Below are positions 1 to 7,887 of a stretch of DNA of 7,902 bases, one piece after another. The stretch lies in assembly GCA_000388065.2 (NCBI GenBank), contig KB932214.1, one strand, 5' to 3'. The notes below the pieces were generated by a model, which saw only the letters and a list, made by a program, of their open reading frames with translations, searched no databases and was not told the origin of the DNA. A program made the translations under genes and the position numbers. How positions within the stretch are numbered: the first letter of the stretch is position 1; every line of letters begins with the position of its first letter. The DNA comes from Fonticula alba ATCC 38817. Its lineage: Eukaryota > Protista > Nucleariida.

Positions 1-268
1 GAACCCGAGGAACTGGAGGCGGCGAGGAAGGGGGGGGGGGGAGGAGGACGCAAGAATTCAAGGGCCAGCAAAGTTAGAGGGGCCCACACACCCGGATGCG
101 CATCCGCACGCTGATAACCAAAGGGGGGGGGGGAAGATGGAGGAGGAGGAGGAAGCGATGACAGGGAGGGACCGAGCGAGAAGCGGAAGAAACAAAGAGG
201 CGACAGGGGGGGGAGGCGCAGAGGGGCCGGGAAAAGCGGGCAGACGAGTGGCAAGCCCAGTCGCGCAC
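1..268 (-). other. Intron beginning at donor 268; 3' end uncertain
   Basis: gtgcgc donor followed by pyrimidine-rich, non-coding-like sequence with C runs. A candidate CTAAC (77-73) and AG (14-13) lie near the window edge. Confidence 0.7.
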
Positions 269-792
269 CTGCACCAGAATGGACATCAGGTAGCCGATGA
301 CATCGAGCCCGGCCGCACGCAGCGGCAAACTCGGGATGAAGGGTGGCCGGAAGCTGGTCGACGTGGACAGGGGCCAGAGCTCATCGGCCGGGTACACCCG
401 CCGGCCGCGGCGCCGGGGCCGGGCCACGACGCTGCTGCACGACCGGGCCACTGCCAGCTGGTCGGCCGAGGGGTCCGACGGCAGGGAGGCCGAGCCGGCC
501 CCGGCCCCGGCCGGCAGCCCGGCCACCGGCGTGCAGGGAGCACTGTCCATCGGGGTCCCGGCGTCAGTCGGGTCCAGCAGCAGGAGCCCGGCCTCGCGAA
601 CGTGGTCGTCCTCCTCCTCGGTGCCGGACTCCAGGGCCGCCAGGCCTTGGAGCATGGACGAGGGGCAGGACCCGCCGGCCAACTCGGCCGACAAGCAGCC
701 GGAGGCCCACCCGAGCCGCGGGGCAATCGGCACCGAGGGCACATTCAGCCCGTACATTTGCACCAGCCCATGCGCCAGGGAGCACGGTTGGC
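269..792 (-). CDS. TBC1D24: Exon 2 (524 nt): TBC domain N-terminal part with a long insertion
   Basis: Acceptor AG 794-793 is phase-compatible with exon 1. Encodes QPCSLAHGLVQMYGLNVPSVPIAPRLG...IPSLPLRAAGLDVIGYLMSILVQ, which resembles TBC1D24 [23 protein letters not shown] (recalled). Ends CAG|gtgcgc (donor 268, phase 0). Confidence 0.8.
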
Positions 793-915
793 CTGGCGCG
801 GGCAGGCACATGTGGGAGCAGGGGCGGGGGGGGGGGGGGCGGGGGAGAGGGAGTCAGCACAAGGGCGGCGAGGCTGGAAGGAAGCCGGGCGGCGGGGCCG
901 GGCAGCGGTGCGCAC
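793..915 (-). other. Spliceosomal intron (123 nt, phase 1)
   Basis: gtgcgc...ctgac (857-853)...C-rich tract...ccag. It contains an in-frame TGA; removal joins EEVD-G-QPCSLAHG in frame. Confidence 0.85.
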
Positions 916-2523
916 CGTCCACTTCCTCCGGCGCGCCGAGCAGCAGCGGCCAGACGACACCGCGCGAGGTCCACGGCACGCCGTGGGCCACCAGGGTGCG
1001 CAGGCGCGAGAAGCTGGACCGGCCGCGCACGGTGCGCGAGTGCGGGGCGAAGCGCTCGGCCGGCGACGCGGCCAGGATCTGGGCCACCTCCATGCGCGTG
1101 GAGTCGGACCAGATGGGCAGGCGATTGGACCCGCGCGAGGCGCCCGGCGTCCGGACCCCCAGGCGCCCGGCCGTGGTGGTGAGCGAGGAGGCGGCCGACG
1201 TCGGGGCCGAGCTGCTGCCGCCGGCCATCACCGACGAGGGGATGGCCATCGGGGGGGAGGAGGGCCCGCCGCCACGCCCGGCCGAGGCCCCGGCATTGGC
1301 GGCCGCCCAGGGGATGGGCGAGGAGGACCGGCTCGGGCCGGCCGAGTGGCTCTGCCGCCCGGGGCCGCCCCACGGGCCGCCGCCCGACCCCAAGGCCGAC
1401 GAGGACAACGACGGCGGCGGGGTCTGCTGCTGCTGCTGCTGGGAGTTCAGCAGGGCCCCCGGAACCAGGGCCGCGGCCGGGTGGTGGTACGGCGACCCGG
1501 GGACCAGGGCCGAGTGTTGCAGCGAGTCCAGCGACCCGATCAGCATGGCGGCCATCCACCGGCGGACGGCCTGCTCCTCGGCGCGCGAATGCTGCAGGGC
1601 CAGGCGCTCGGTCGGGGCCAGGCGCCGCATCAGCCGCCGGACCCCGGCATACGAGGGGAGGCTCTGCCGGTGGGCCACCAGGGCCGGATGCTCGGCCGGG
1701 CAGAAGGGGTCCACCTCGACCAGGAACCCGTGCGGGGGGAGGGCCGGCGGCTCGGCCGTGGCCAGCAGCCCGCCGGCCCCGAGGGCCGACAGCCCGGACA
1801 CCGGGCCGCCCTCGGGCGGCAGGCTGGCATCCTCGATGTCGGCCTCGTGGCCGTCATCCTGCCCGCCATGGCCGGATGCCGAGAAGTTGAACCCCGACAC
1901 CGGGGACAGCGGGTCGTCCAGCGCCCCGCCGGAGAAGCCCCCCCGCGCGGCGTCCAGCTCCCGGAACATGTCCTCGTTGTCGCGCTGGCGCAGCAGGCAC
2001 TGGTGCTCCGGGTCGTGCGCCGGCAGCAGCAGGCCCGGCTCGCCGGCCGGGGCGGTGGTGAAGAGGGCCACGTCCGGGTTGACCGGCGGCCCGGCCCCAC
2101 CAGGGGGGGGAGGAGCCTGCCCGGACACCGGGCCCGGGGCCACCGCCCCCGAGGGCGACGGCGGGGACGGCCCCCCCGGGCCCGGGCCCGGGCCCGGGCC
2201 GCCGGTGACCGTGGGATTGGCCGGCAGGGTGCCGGCCGTGAGGGCCGCCTGCTCGGCCTGCAGCACGGCCAGCCGGACGACCGCCGTGCAGGGCGAGCAG
2301 GACACCGACGCCAGCTGCACGCAACTCAGGCAGGCCATGAGCCCGGTGCCGAAGGGCGACACCGGCAATGTGGCCGACGCGGCGGTGCCATGGAAGCGAA
2401 GGCCCTCGGCCGGGGCGTCCGGGTCGCCGGCGGCCCCCGGGCTGGCCGCCCCCGACGCCCGGTTGAAGAAGGACGCGAAGAAGGACGGCGTCTTGCCAGG
2501 GCCGGCGGCGGGGCCGGTGGTGT

Positions 2524-2554
<31 letters not shown>

Positions 2555-3622
2555 GGCGGCGGCGGCCTCCCGCGCGTCGGCCGCCAGGATCTCGGCCACC
2601 TCGCGCTGCTGCGGCGAGGGGTGCCCGTTGGCGGCCACGGCCGTGGCCGCCGCATCGCCGCGGCCCTCCTCGCCCGGGGCCGGCGACAGGGACACATGCA
2701 TGGTGAAGCCGATGCATGGCGGCTGGCACTGGCTGGACACCAGCGTCGGGCCCGGGCAGGTGGCGCTCTGGGAGAGGCACTGGGCGCCGCCCGGCCCGAG
2801 CCCCAGGGCGTGGGCCGGCTGCTCGGCCGCGAAGAGCGGCGACAGGAGGCTGCCCGGCGGGGGGGGCGGCCCGGCCGAGGACCGGGCGTCGGTGGTGCCG
2901 GGCTGCCGGTCCAGTGACGCGGACCGCGGGTGCCCGGCGGGGCGCCGCGTATCGGCCCGCGCGGCGGCGGCCGGCAAGAGCTCGGCCGCGTGGAATGTCG
3001 AGCCGTACTCCGGCTCGAGCTCATGGTCGCGGGCGGCCGACGCCGACCGAGTCCGCGGACCGGGCCCAGGGTGTCCCGGCCCCGGCCGGTGGGGATCTGT
3101 GGGGGGATCAGCCGGCGGGGCGCCGGCCGTGGGAGTGGTGGCGGCCGTGGCGGCCGTGGCGGCGGTGGTGGTGGTGGTGGTGTCCTGCTCGTCGGCCGGG
3201 GTGATCAGCGCCTGGGCCGGTGGCCAGGTCTGCTTTTCCGGGTGCGGCCGCGGCTCCGGGTGGGCGGGGTGCTGCGGCTGCTGCTTGGGGGCCGACGGGT
3301 CGGCATCATGGGTCAGGGAATGCCGTCTGGCTGGGGGCGGCCCGCCGGGATCGCCCGGGTCGCCGGGCCCGGGCCCGGGCCCCGGGCCAGCCGCCGACGA
3401 TACAACCCCACGCCCCTGGAAAGGGGACCGGCGGGGGTTGAGCGCCGGCGCGGGGGCACCGGCACCCGGCGCCGGGGTCCGTGGACCTGCGCCGTGGTGC
3501 TGGTGGTGGTGCTGGTGGTGGTGGTGGTGGGAGTGGTGGTGGGGGGGGGCGTCTGAGCTGCGGGCATTTGCAGGGAGCGGTATTTTAGGGGGAGGGGGCT
3601 CGACCGAGGAGGTGACCGCCAT
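916..3622 (-). CDS. TBC1D24: Putative first coding exon of a TBC1D24-like TBC+TLDc protein: about 870-aa low-complexity N-terminal extension, then the start of the TBC domain
   Basis: Open frame from ATG 3622 (MAVTSSVEPPP) with strongly G/C-ending codons. It ends in LRTLVAHGVPWTSRGVVWPLLLG, the TBC N-terminal motif LxxLxxxG(I/V)PxxxRxxVWxxLLG. Donor GAC-G|gtgcgc at 915 (phase 1); without splicing the frame stops at TGA 856-854. The start codon is less certain than the 3' boundary, and the symbol means TBC1D24-like. Confidence 0.8.
3494..3541 (-). repeat. (CAC/CAG)n triplet tract encoding poly-His/Gln (HHHSHHHHHQHHHQHH)
   Basis: gtg/gtg/ctg repeats visible on the + strand, in frame within exon 1. 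Confidence 0.9.
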
Positions 3623-3772
3623 TCTGGCGCAGTCAGCCGGACGAGGAGACTGTGTGGGTGTGGGTGGGTATGTGGGTGTCAGGATGTCAATGACAAGTGA
3701 GGAGGATGCGCGCGCCAGGGACAGACCGGCGAAGCGAGGCAGCCACGCACCACAGGAGAGGGGGAAGGGGGG

Positions 3773-4752
3773 NNNNNNNNNNNNNNNNNNNNNNNNNNNN
3801 NNNNNNNNNNNNNNNNNNNNNNNNNNNNNNNNNNNNNNNNNNNNNNNNNNNNNNNNNNNNNNNNNNNNNNNNNNNNNNNNNNNNNNNNNNNNNNNNNNNN
3901 NNNNNNNNNNNNNNNNNNNNNNNNNNNNNNNNNNNNNNNNNNNNNNNNNNNNNNNNNNNNNNNNNNNNNNNNNNNNNNNNNNNNNNNNNNNNNNNNNNNN
4001 NNNNNNNNNNNNNNNNNNNNNNNNNNNNNNNNNNNNNNNNNNNNNNNNNNNNNNNNNNNNNNNNNNNNNNNNNNNNNNNNNNNNNNNNNNNNNNNNNNNN
4101 NNNNNNNNNNNNNNNNNNNNNNNNNNNNNNNNNNNNNNNNNNNNNNNNNNNNNNNNNNNNNNNNNNNNNNNNNNNNNNNNNNNNNNNNNNNNNNNNNNNN
4201 NNNNNNNNNNNNNNNNNNNNNNNNNNNNNNNNNNNNNNNNNNNNNNNNNNNNNNNNNNNNNNNNNNNNNNNNNNNNNNNNNNNNNNNNNNNNNNNNNNNN
4301 NNNNNNNNNNNNNNNNNNNNNNNNNNNNNNNNNNNNNNNNNNNNNNNNNNNNNNNNNNNNNNNNNNNNNNNNNNNNNNNNNNNNNNNNNNNNNNNNNNNN
4401 NNNNNNNNNNNNNNNNNNNNNNNNNNNNNNNNNNNNNNNNNNNNNNNNNNNNNNNNNNNNNNNNNNNNNNNNNNNNNNNNNNNNNNNNNNNNNNNNNNNN
4501 NNNNNNNNNNNNNNNNNNNNNNNNNNNNNNNNNNNNNNNNNNNNNNNNNNNNNNNNNNNNNNNNNNNNNNNNNNNNNNNNNNNNNNNNNNNNNNNNNNNN
4601 NNNNNNNNNNNNNNNNNNNNNNNNNNNNNNNNNNNNNNNNNNNNNNNNNNNNNNNNNNNNNNNNNNNNNNNNNNNNNNNNNNNNNNNNNNNNNNNNNNNN
4701 NNNNNNNNNNNNNNNNNNNNNNNNNNNNNNNNNNNNNNNNNNNNNNNNNNNN
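3773..4752. other. Assembly gap (980 N)
   Basis: N run flanked by G runs on both sides. Confidence 1.

Positions 4753-4807
<55 letters not shown>
4753..4807 (+). repeat. Poly-G homopolymer (55 nt; poly-C on the transcript strand)
   Basis: Direct reading; abuts the gap, so the true length is uncertain. Confidence 0.9.
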
Positions 4808-4810
<3 letters not shown>

Positions 4811-4943
4811 GGAGAAAGAGCCAGAGGAACAAAAGAAAGAGGGAACAGAGCGAAGGCACGGGTCAGACAGATAGGCAGGCGCGCGGGAGGGGAGTGTGCA
4901 AGAAGAGCGCGAAAAGCAAAACGGGGCCCCCTCCCCGGCGTAC
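4753..4943 (-). other. 5' part of an intron (phase 0 donor), truncated at a poly-C run
   Basis: GAT|gtacgc at 4943, CTGAC at 4866-4862, a pyrimidine tract, then 55 C running into the gap. Confidence 0.8.
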
Positions 4944-5483
4944 ATCTTGCACGTCGTGGCTCCGCTGGATGAGGGCCCGCTCGTAGATGCGCAGGATGCC
5001 GATGCCCAGGCGGAAGAAGGCCTTGTGCCCCTCGAGGAAGATCAGGTCCAGCATGCGGAGCCCGGCCCCCGGGCCGGGGTCGGCCACCATCGACCCGACA
5101 AAGGAGGCCGTGGCCTGGTCCACCGGGTTCGGGGAGAAGGAGGACCCGGCCGAGTCCAGGGACCCGAGCGAGCCATTGATGGAGTAGTTGCTGCTGCCGG
5201 CGACGCCGGAGCGGCCACGGCCGCTGCCGAAGCCGGATCCCGGCCCGGTGATGGGCGACCCGTCGCGCGATCCGGCCGTGCCCCCGGGCGCCGGGTCCAG
5301 GGTCAGGTCGCGCGCTGGGATGCCCGTGCCGCCGAGGCGCCCGAGGAAGCACGATGCAAAGAGGCTGCGCCAGTAGGCCAGCCACGGGCCCTTGCGGATG
5401 CGCCGCCGGCGGAAGTGCGCCGCCAGCAGCGGCACATGCTTCATGGCCAGGTCGTGGAAGACGTGCGCGAAGAGCCAGTGTTC
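4944..5483 (-). CDS. TBC1D24: Exon 4 (540 nt): TBC domain C-terminal half
   Basis: cacag|GAA acceptor (AG 5485-5484). Encodes EHWLFAHVFHDLAMKHVPLLAAHF...WRSLFASCFL...LRMLDLIFLEGHKAFFRLGIGILRIYERALIQRSHDVQD, matching the TBC motif (R)xxDxFxxEGxKxxFRxxLxIL. Phase 0 at both ends. Confidence 0.9.
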
Positions 5484-5697
5484 CTGTGGTGTCGACCGAG
5501 CCCGGGGGGGGGGGGGGGAGATGGGTGCAGGCGTGCCAGTGTGTGAGTGTGCGGGTGTGCGGGTGTGTCGACGCATTTGCGTGCAGATGTGTCGGCGCAT
5601 TTGCGTGCAGATGTGTCGGCGCATTTGCGTGCAGAGGCCTGCATGCACACCGCGCGCCCATGTCCGGACAGGCAAAAAAGAGCGAATAGAGACGCAC
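5484..5697 (-). other. Spliceosomal intron (214 nt, phase 0)
   Basis: CGT|gtgcgt...C run...cacag|GAA. Removal changes frame and yields FVPIGQR-EHWLFAHVFHDLAMKH, gap-free against TBC1D24 [23 protein letters not shown] (recalled). Confidence 0.85.
5564..5635 (+). repeat. Intronic minisatellite, 3 x 24 nt (tgtgtcgRcgcatttgcgtgcaga)
   Basis: Units 5564-5587, 5588-5611 and 5612-5635; one A/G difference; no spacers. Confidence 0.95.
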
Positions 5698-5856
5698 ACG
5701 CTGACCGATCGGGACGAAGGCCCAGCCGGCCATGGACAGACCGGTGTCCACGACGCTGAAAAGGCACGCCAACACGTCGTCAGCCGATGGCACGAACGTC
5801 AGCAGGGCCGTGGCCATCGGGTACAGGTAGGGACAGTAATCCGCATCGGGGCGGGC
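5698..5856 (-). CDS. TBC1D24: Exon 3 (159 nt): TBC domain core
   Basis: Long C tract, then gcgcag|GCC (AG 5858-5857). Encodes ARPDADYCPYLYPMATALLTFVPSADDVLACLFSVVDTGLSMAGWAFVPIGQR, similar to TBC1D24 [21 protein letters not shown] (recalled). Donor gtgcgt at 5697. Confidence 0.85.
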
Positions 5857-5913
5857 CTGCGCATGGCGTTGGGAGGGGCAGGGGGGGGGGGGGGGGGGAG
5901 GGGGGGGGGGGGG

Positions 5914-5970
<57 letters not shown>

Positions 5971-5998
5971 GGGGCGGGCGAGAGGCGGGAGGAGCGGC
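5857..5998 (-). other. 3' part of an intron with a near-pure poly-C tract (G-rich 5881-5969 on +)
   Basis: About 90 nt of almost uninterrupted C on the transcript strand, ending in CAG before exon 3. Confidence 0.75.
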
Positions 5999-6329
5999 NN
6001 NNNNNNNNNNNNNNNNNNNNNNNNNNNNNNNNNNNNNNNNNNNNNNNNNNNNNNNNNNNNNNNNNNNNNNNNNNNNNNNNNNNNNNNNNNNNNNNNNNNN
6101 NNNNNNNNNNNNNNNNNNNNNNNNNNNNNNNNNNNNNNNNNNNNNNNNNNNNNNNNNNNNNNNNNNNNNNNNNNNNNNNNNNNNNNNNNNNNNNNNNNNN
6201 NNNNNNNNNNNNNNNNNNNNNNNNNNNNNNNNNNNNNNNNNNNNNNNNNNNNNNNNNNNNNNNNNNNNNNNNNNNNNNNNNNNNNNNNNNNNNNNNNNNN
6301 NNNNNNNNNNNNNNNNNNNNNNNNNNNNN
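5999..6329. other. Assembly gap (331 N)
   Basis: N run. Confidence 1.
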
Positions 6330-6375
6330 CCCCCCCCCCCCCCCCCCGCACACTGCCAAGCACCCCGCCACGCAC
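6330..6375 (-). other. 5' part of an intron (phase 0 donor), truncated at a G run
   Basis: AAG|gtgcgt at 6375, then a short G-rich stretch into the gap. Confidence 0.75.
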
Positions 6376-7887
6376 CTTGTAGTCCTGGGCCCGGTGGTAC
6401 AGCGAGTCCAGCGAGTACCCATGCCGGCGAGTGGCGAACACACAGGCCAAATCCCGCGACTGCCGGTACGACCGCGGGAGCCACGACCACAGCAGCTGCA
6501 GGTCATCGGCATCCAGCAGGGTCGGCGCGTCGATCGGGTAGGAGGGCGTGCTGGAGGCCAGGTGCTGGCCCGGGGCCGCCAGCGGGGCCACCGTGGTCGG
6601 GGCCTGCCGGCCGCGGAAGGACACCAGCGGCACCGTCATCAGCTCCAGCCCCCGGGCATCCGGCGACAGGGCCGACAGGGCCGACGCCGCGGCCAGGGCC
6701 ACGGCCGAGGAGGTGGCCGGCCGGTCGCGCGACCGCTGCTGCCGGCCGCCGGACCGGCCGTGCATATTGCCGCCGGCATCGCCAAACAGCGACACCTGGC
6801 GCTGGCTGTTGGCCACGGCCTCCGGGTCCACCAGGATATGCGGCACCGGCCGGTGGAAGCCCATCGACGGCTCGACCCACACCACCGACGAGGAAGCCTG
6901 CGGGGTGGACGGCAGCGGGGAGCTGTACGCACTGGCCAGGGAGCTGCCCCGGACATTGCCCTGGATGGCTTGCGGATAGTCGATGTGGTTGATCTCCGAG
7001 TCGGAGGAGCTGCTGTCGCTGCTGTCGCTGTCCGACGAGGAGGAGGAAGAGGAGGACGACGAGGAGGAGGAGGAGGAGGACGACGACGACGAGGGGGACG
7101 AGGGCGACCCGCTCGGCATCAGGTAGGCCGGGGCCGGGGCCCGGGTGAAGTCCAAGTCCGGCACATTGGGGTTGAGCACGGCCCGGCCGCCGGCCGCGCG
7201 CCACGGCCCATCACACGGGGCGCCCGCCCCGGGGGGGCAGGCGCACGGCGAGCAGCCGCACCCGATGGTGATGGCCGGCGGGTCGGCGTCGGCCCGGTCG
7301 GACGCCCCGTCCCCGGCGCTGCCCAGCCCGAAGAAGGACAGCACCCGGTCGCGGATGCGCGTCAGCGCCGGGGACGAGGGGGGCGGCGTGGTCGACGGGG
7401 CGCCCGTGCCCCCGGAGGGGGACCCCCCGCGGCTGGCGTGGCCATTGCTGCCACCGGCGGCCAGCCCCTCGGGCGGGCTGTTGAGAGACCCGCGCCGGGA
7501 GCCGGCCGCGCTGCCGGCCGCGCTGCGGCTGCCGCCGCTGGCCAGGACCAAAAGCTCGCGCATGGCCGCCGGATTGCTGCTCGACAGCTGGGCCGCCTGC
7601 TCCCGGGCCAGGGCCACGGCCGCCTCGGCCAGCTGCTCATCCGCCTGGTAGGCCCCGCTGGAGGCCAGCCGGGCCAGGATCCGCTCCACCCGGGGGAGGT
7701 GCTTCATGCGCCGGGCGGCGATCTCCCGCCGGGGGAGCTCCACGCCGCCGGAGCGCGACAGGGTCGGCAGCCGCGCGGCCCCGGTGGACGAGTGGTGCGC
7801 CAGGGTACTGGAGCTGGCCCCGGCCATCAGGGCCCGGTCCAGGTCGAAGGTCGGCGCGCGGATCAGCATGTCCAAGGTGGAGATGAG
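6376..7887 (-). CDS. TBC1D24: Exon 5 (1512 nt): end of TBC domain, Ser/Gly/Ala-rich linker and first ~50 aa of a TLDc domain
   Basis: Poly-C acag|CTC acceptor (AG 7889-7888, phase 0). Starts LISTLDMLIRAPTFDLDRALMAG...LPRREIAARRMKH. Ends PTLLDADDLQLLWSWLPRSYRQSRDLACVFATRRHGYSLDSLYHRAQDYK (6525-6376), the TLDc start (TBC1D24: [31 protein letters not shown], recalled). The ORF-track 'M' at 7875 is a TTG, not a real start. Confidence 0.9.
7005..7097 (-). repeat. (TCC/TCG)n tract encoding a poly-Ser/Asp run in the TBC-TLDc linker
   Basis: gag/gac triplets on +; [37 protein letters not shown] in frame. Confidence 0.9.

Noticed and set aside
137-2917. 926-aa plus-strand ORF
   Set aside because: It is the in-register antisense frame of exons 1-2 and stays open because TTA, CTA and TCA are rare in G/C-ending codon usage. 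The product is Arg/Gly-rich with no motif.
916-3622. Viral (herpesvirus-like) or collagen-like protein suggested by GPGPGP and Ala/Pro richness
   Set aside because: The similarity is compositional only, with no sustained Gly-X-Y periodicity. The frame splices into a TBC domain.
297-4874. 1525-aa plus-strand ORF
   Set aside because: It runs through a 980-N gap and has no recognisable domain. Stops in this antisense frame mostly need a Tyr codon after a C-ending codon on the sense strand, and exon 1 has very few Tyr.
5564-5635. CRISPR-like array
   Set aside because: Direct head-to-tail repeats with no spacers, inside a eukaryotic intron, and no cas genes.
5704-5745. Alternative exon 3 donors (G|gtctgt, G|gtcagc)
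   Set aside because: Both are phase 1, incompatible with the phase 0 acceptor at 5484, and they do not match the GTRCGY donor pattern.
4753-6375. Circularly permuted TLDc-before-TBC protein taken at face value
   Set aside because: In-frame splicing is possible, but it truncates TLDc and removes the first third of TBC from its place. Reordering restores both domains, so this is not accepted as a novel architecture without transcript evidence.
3679-7875. 1398-aa minus-strand ORF as a single CDS
   Set aside because: It starts at a TTG just inside a splice acceptor and crosses both gaps and several introns. Only 7887-6376 and 5856-5698 are coding in this frame.
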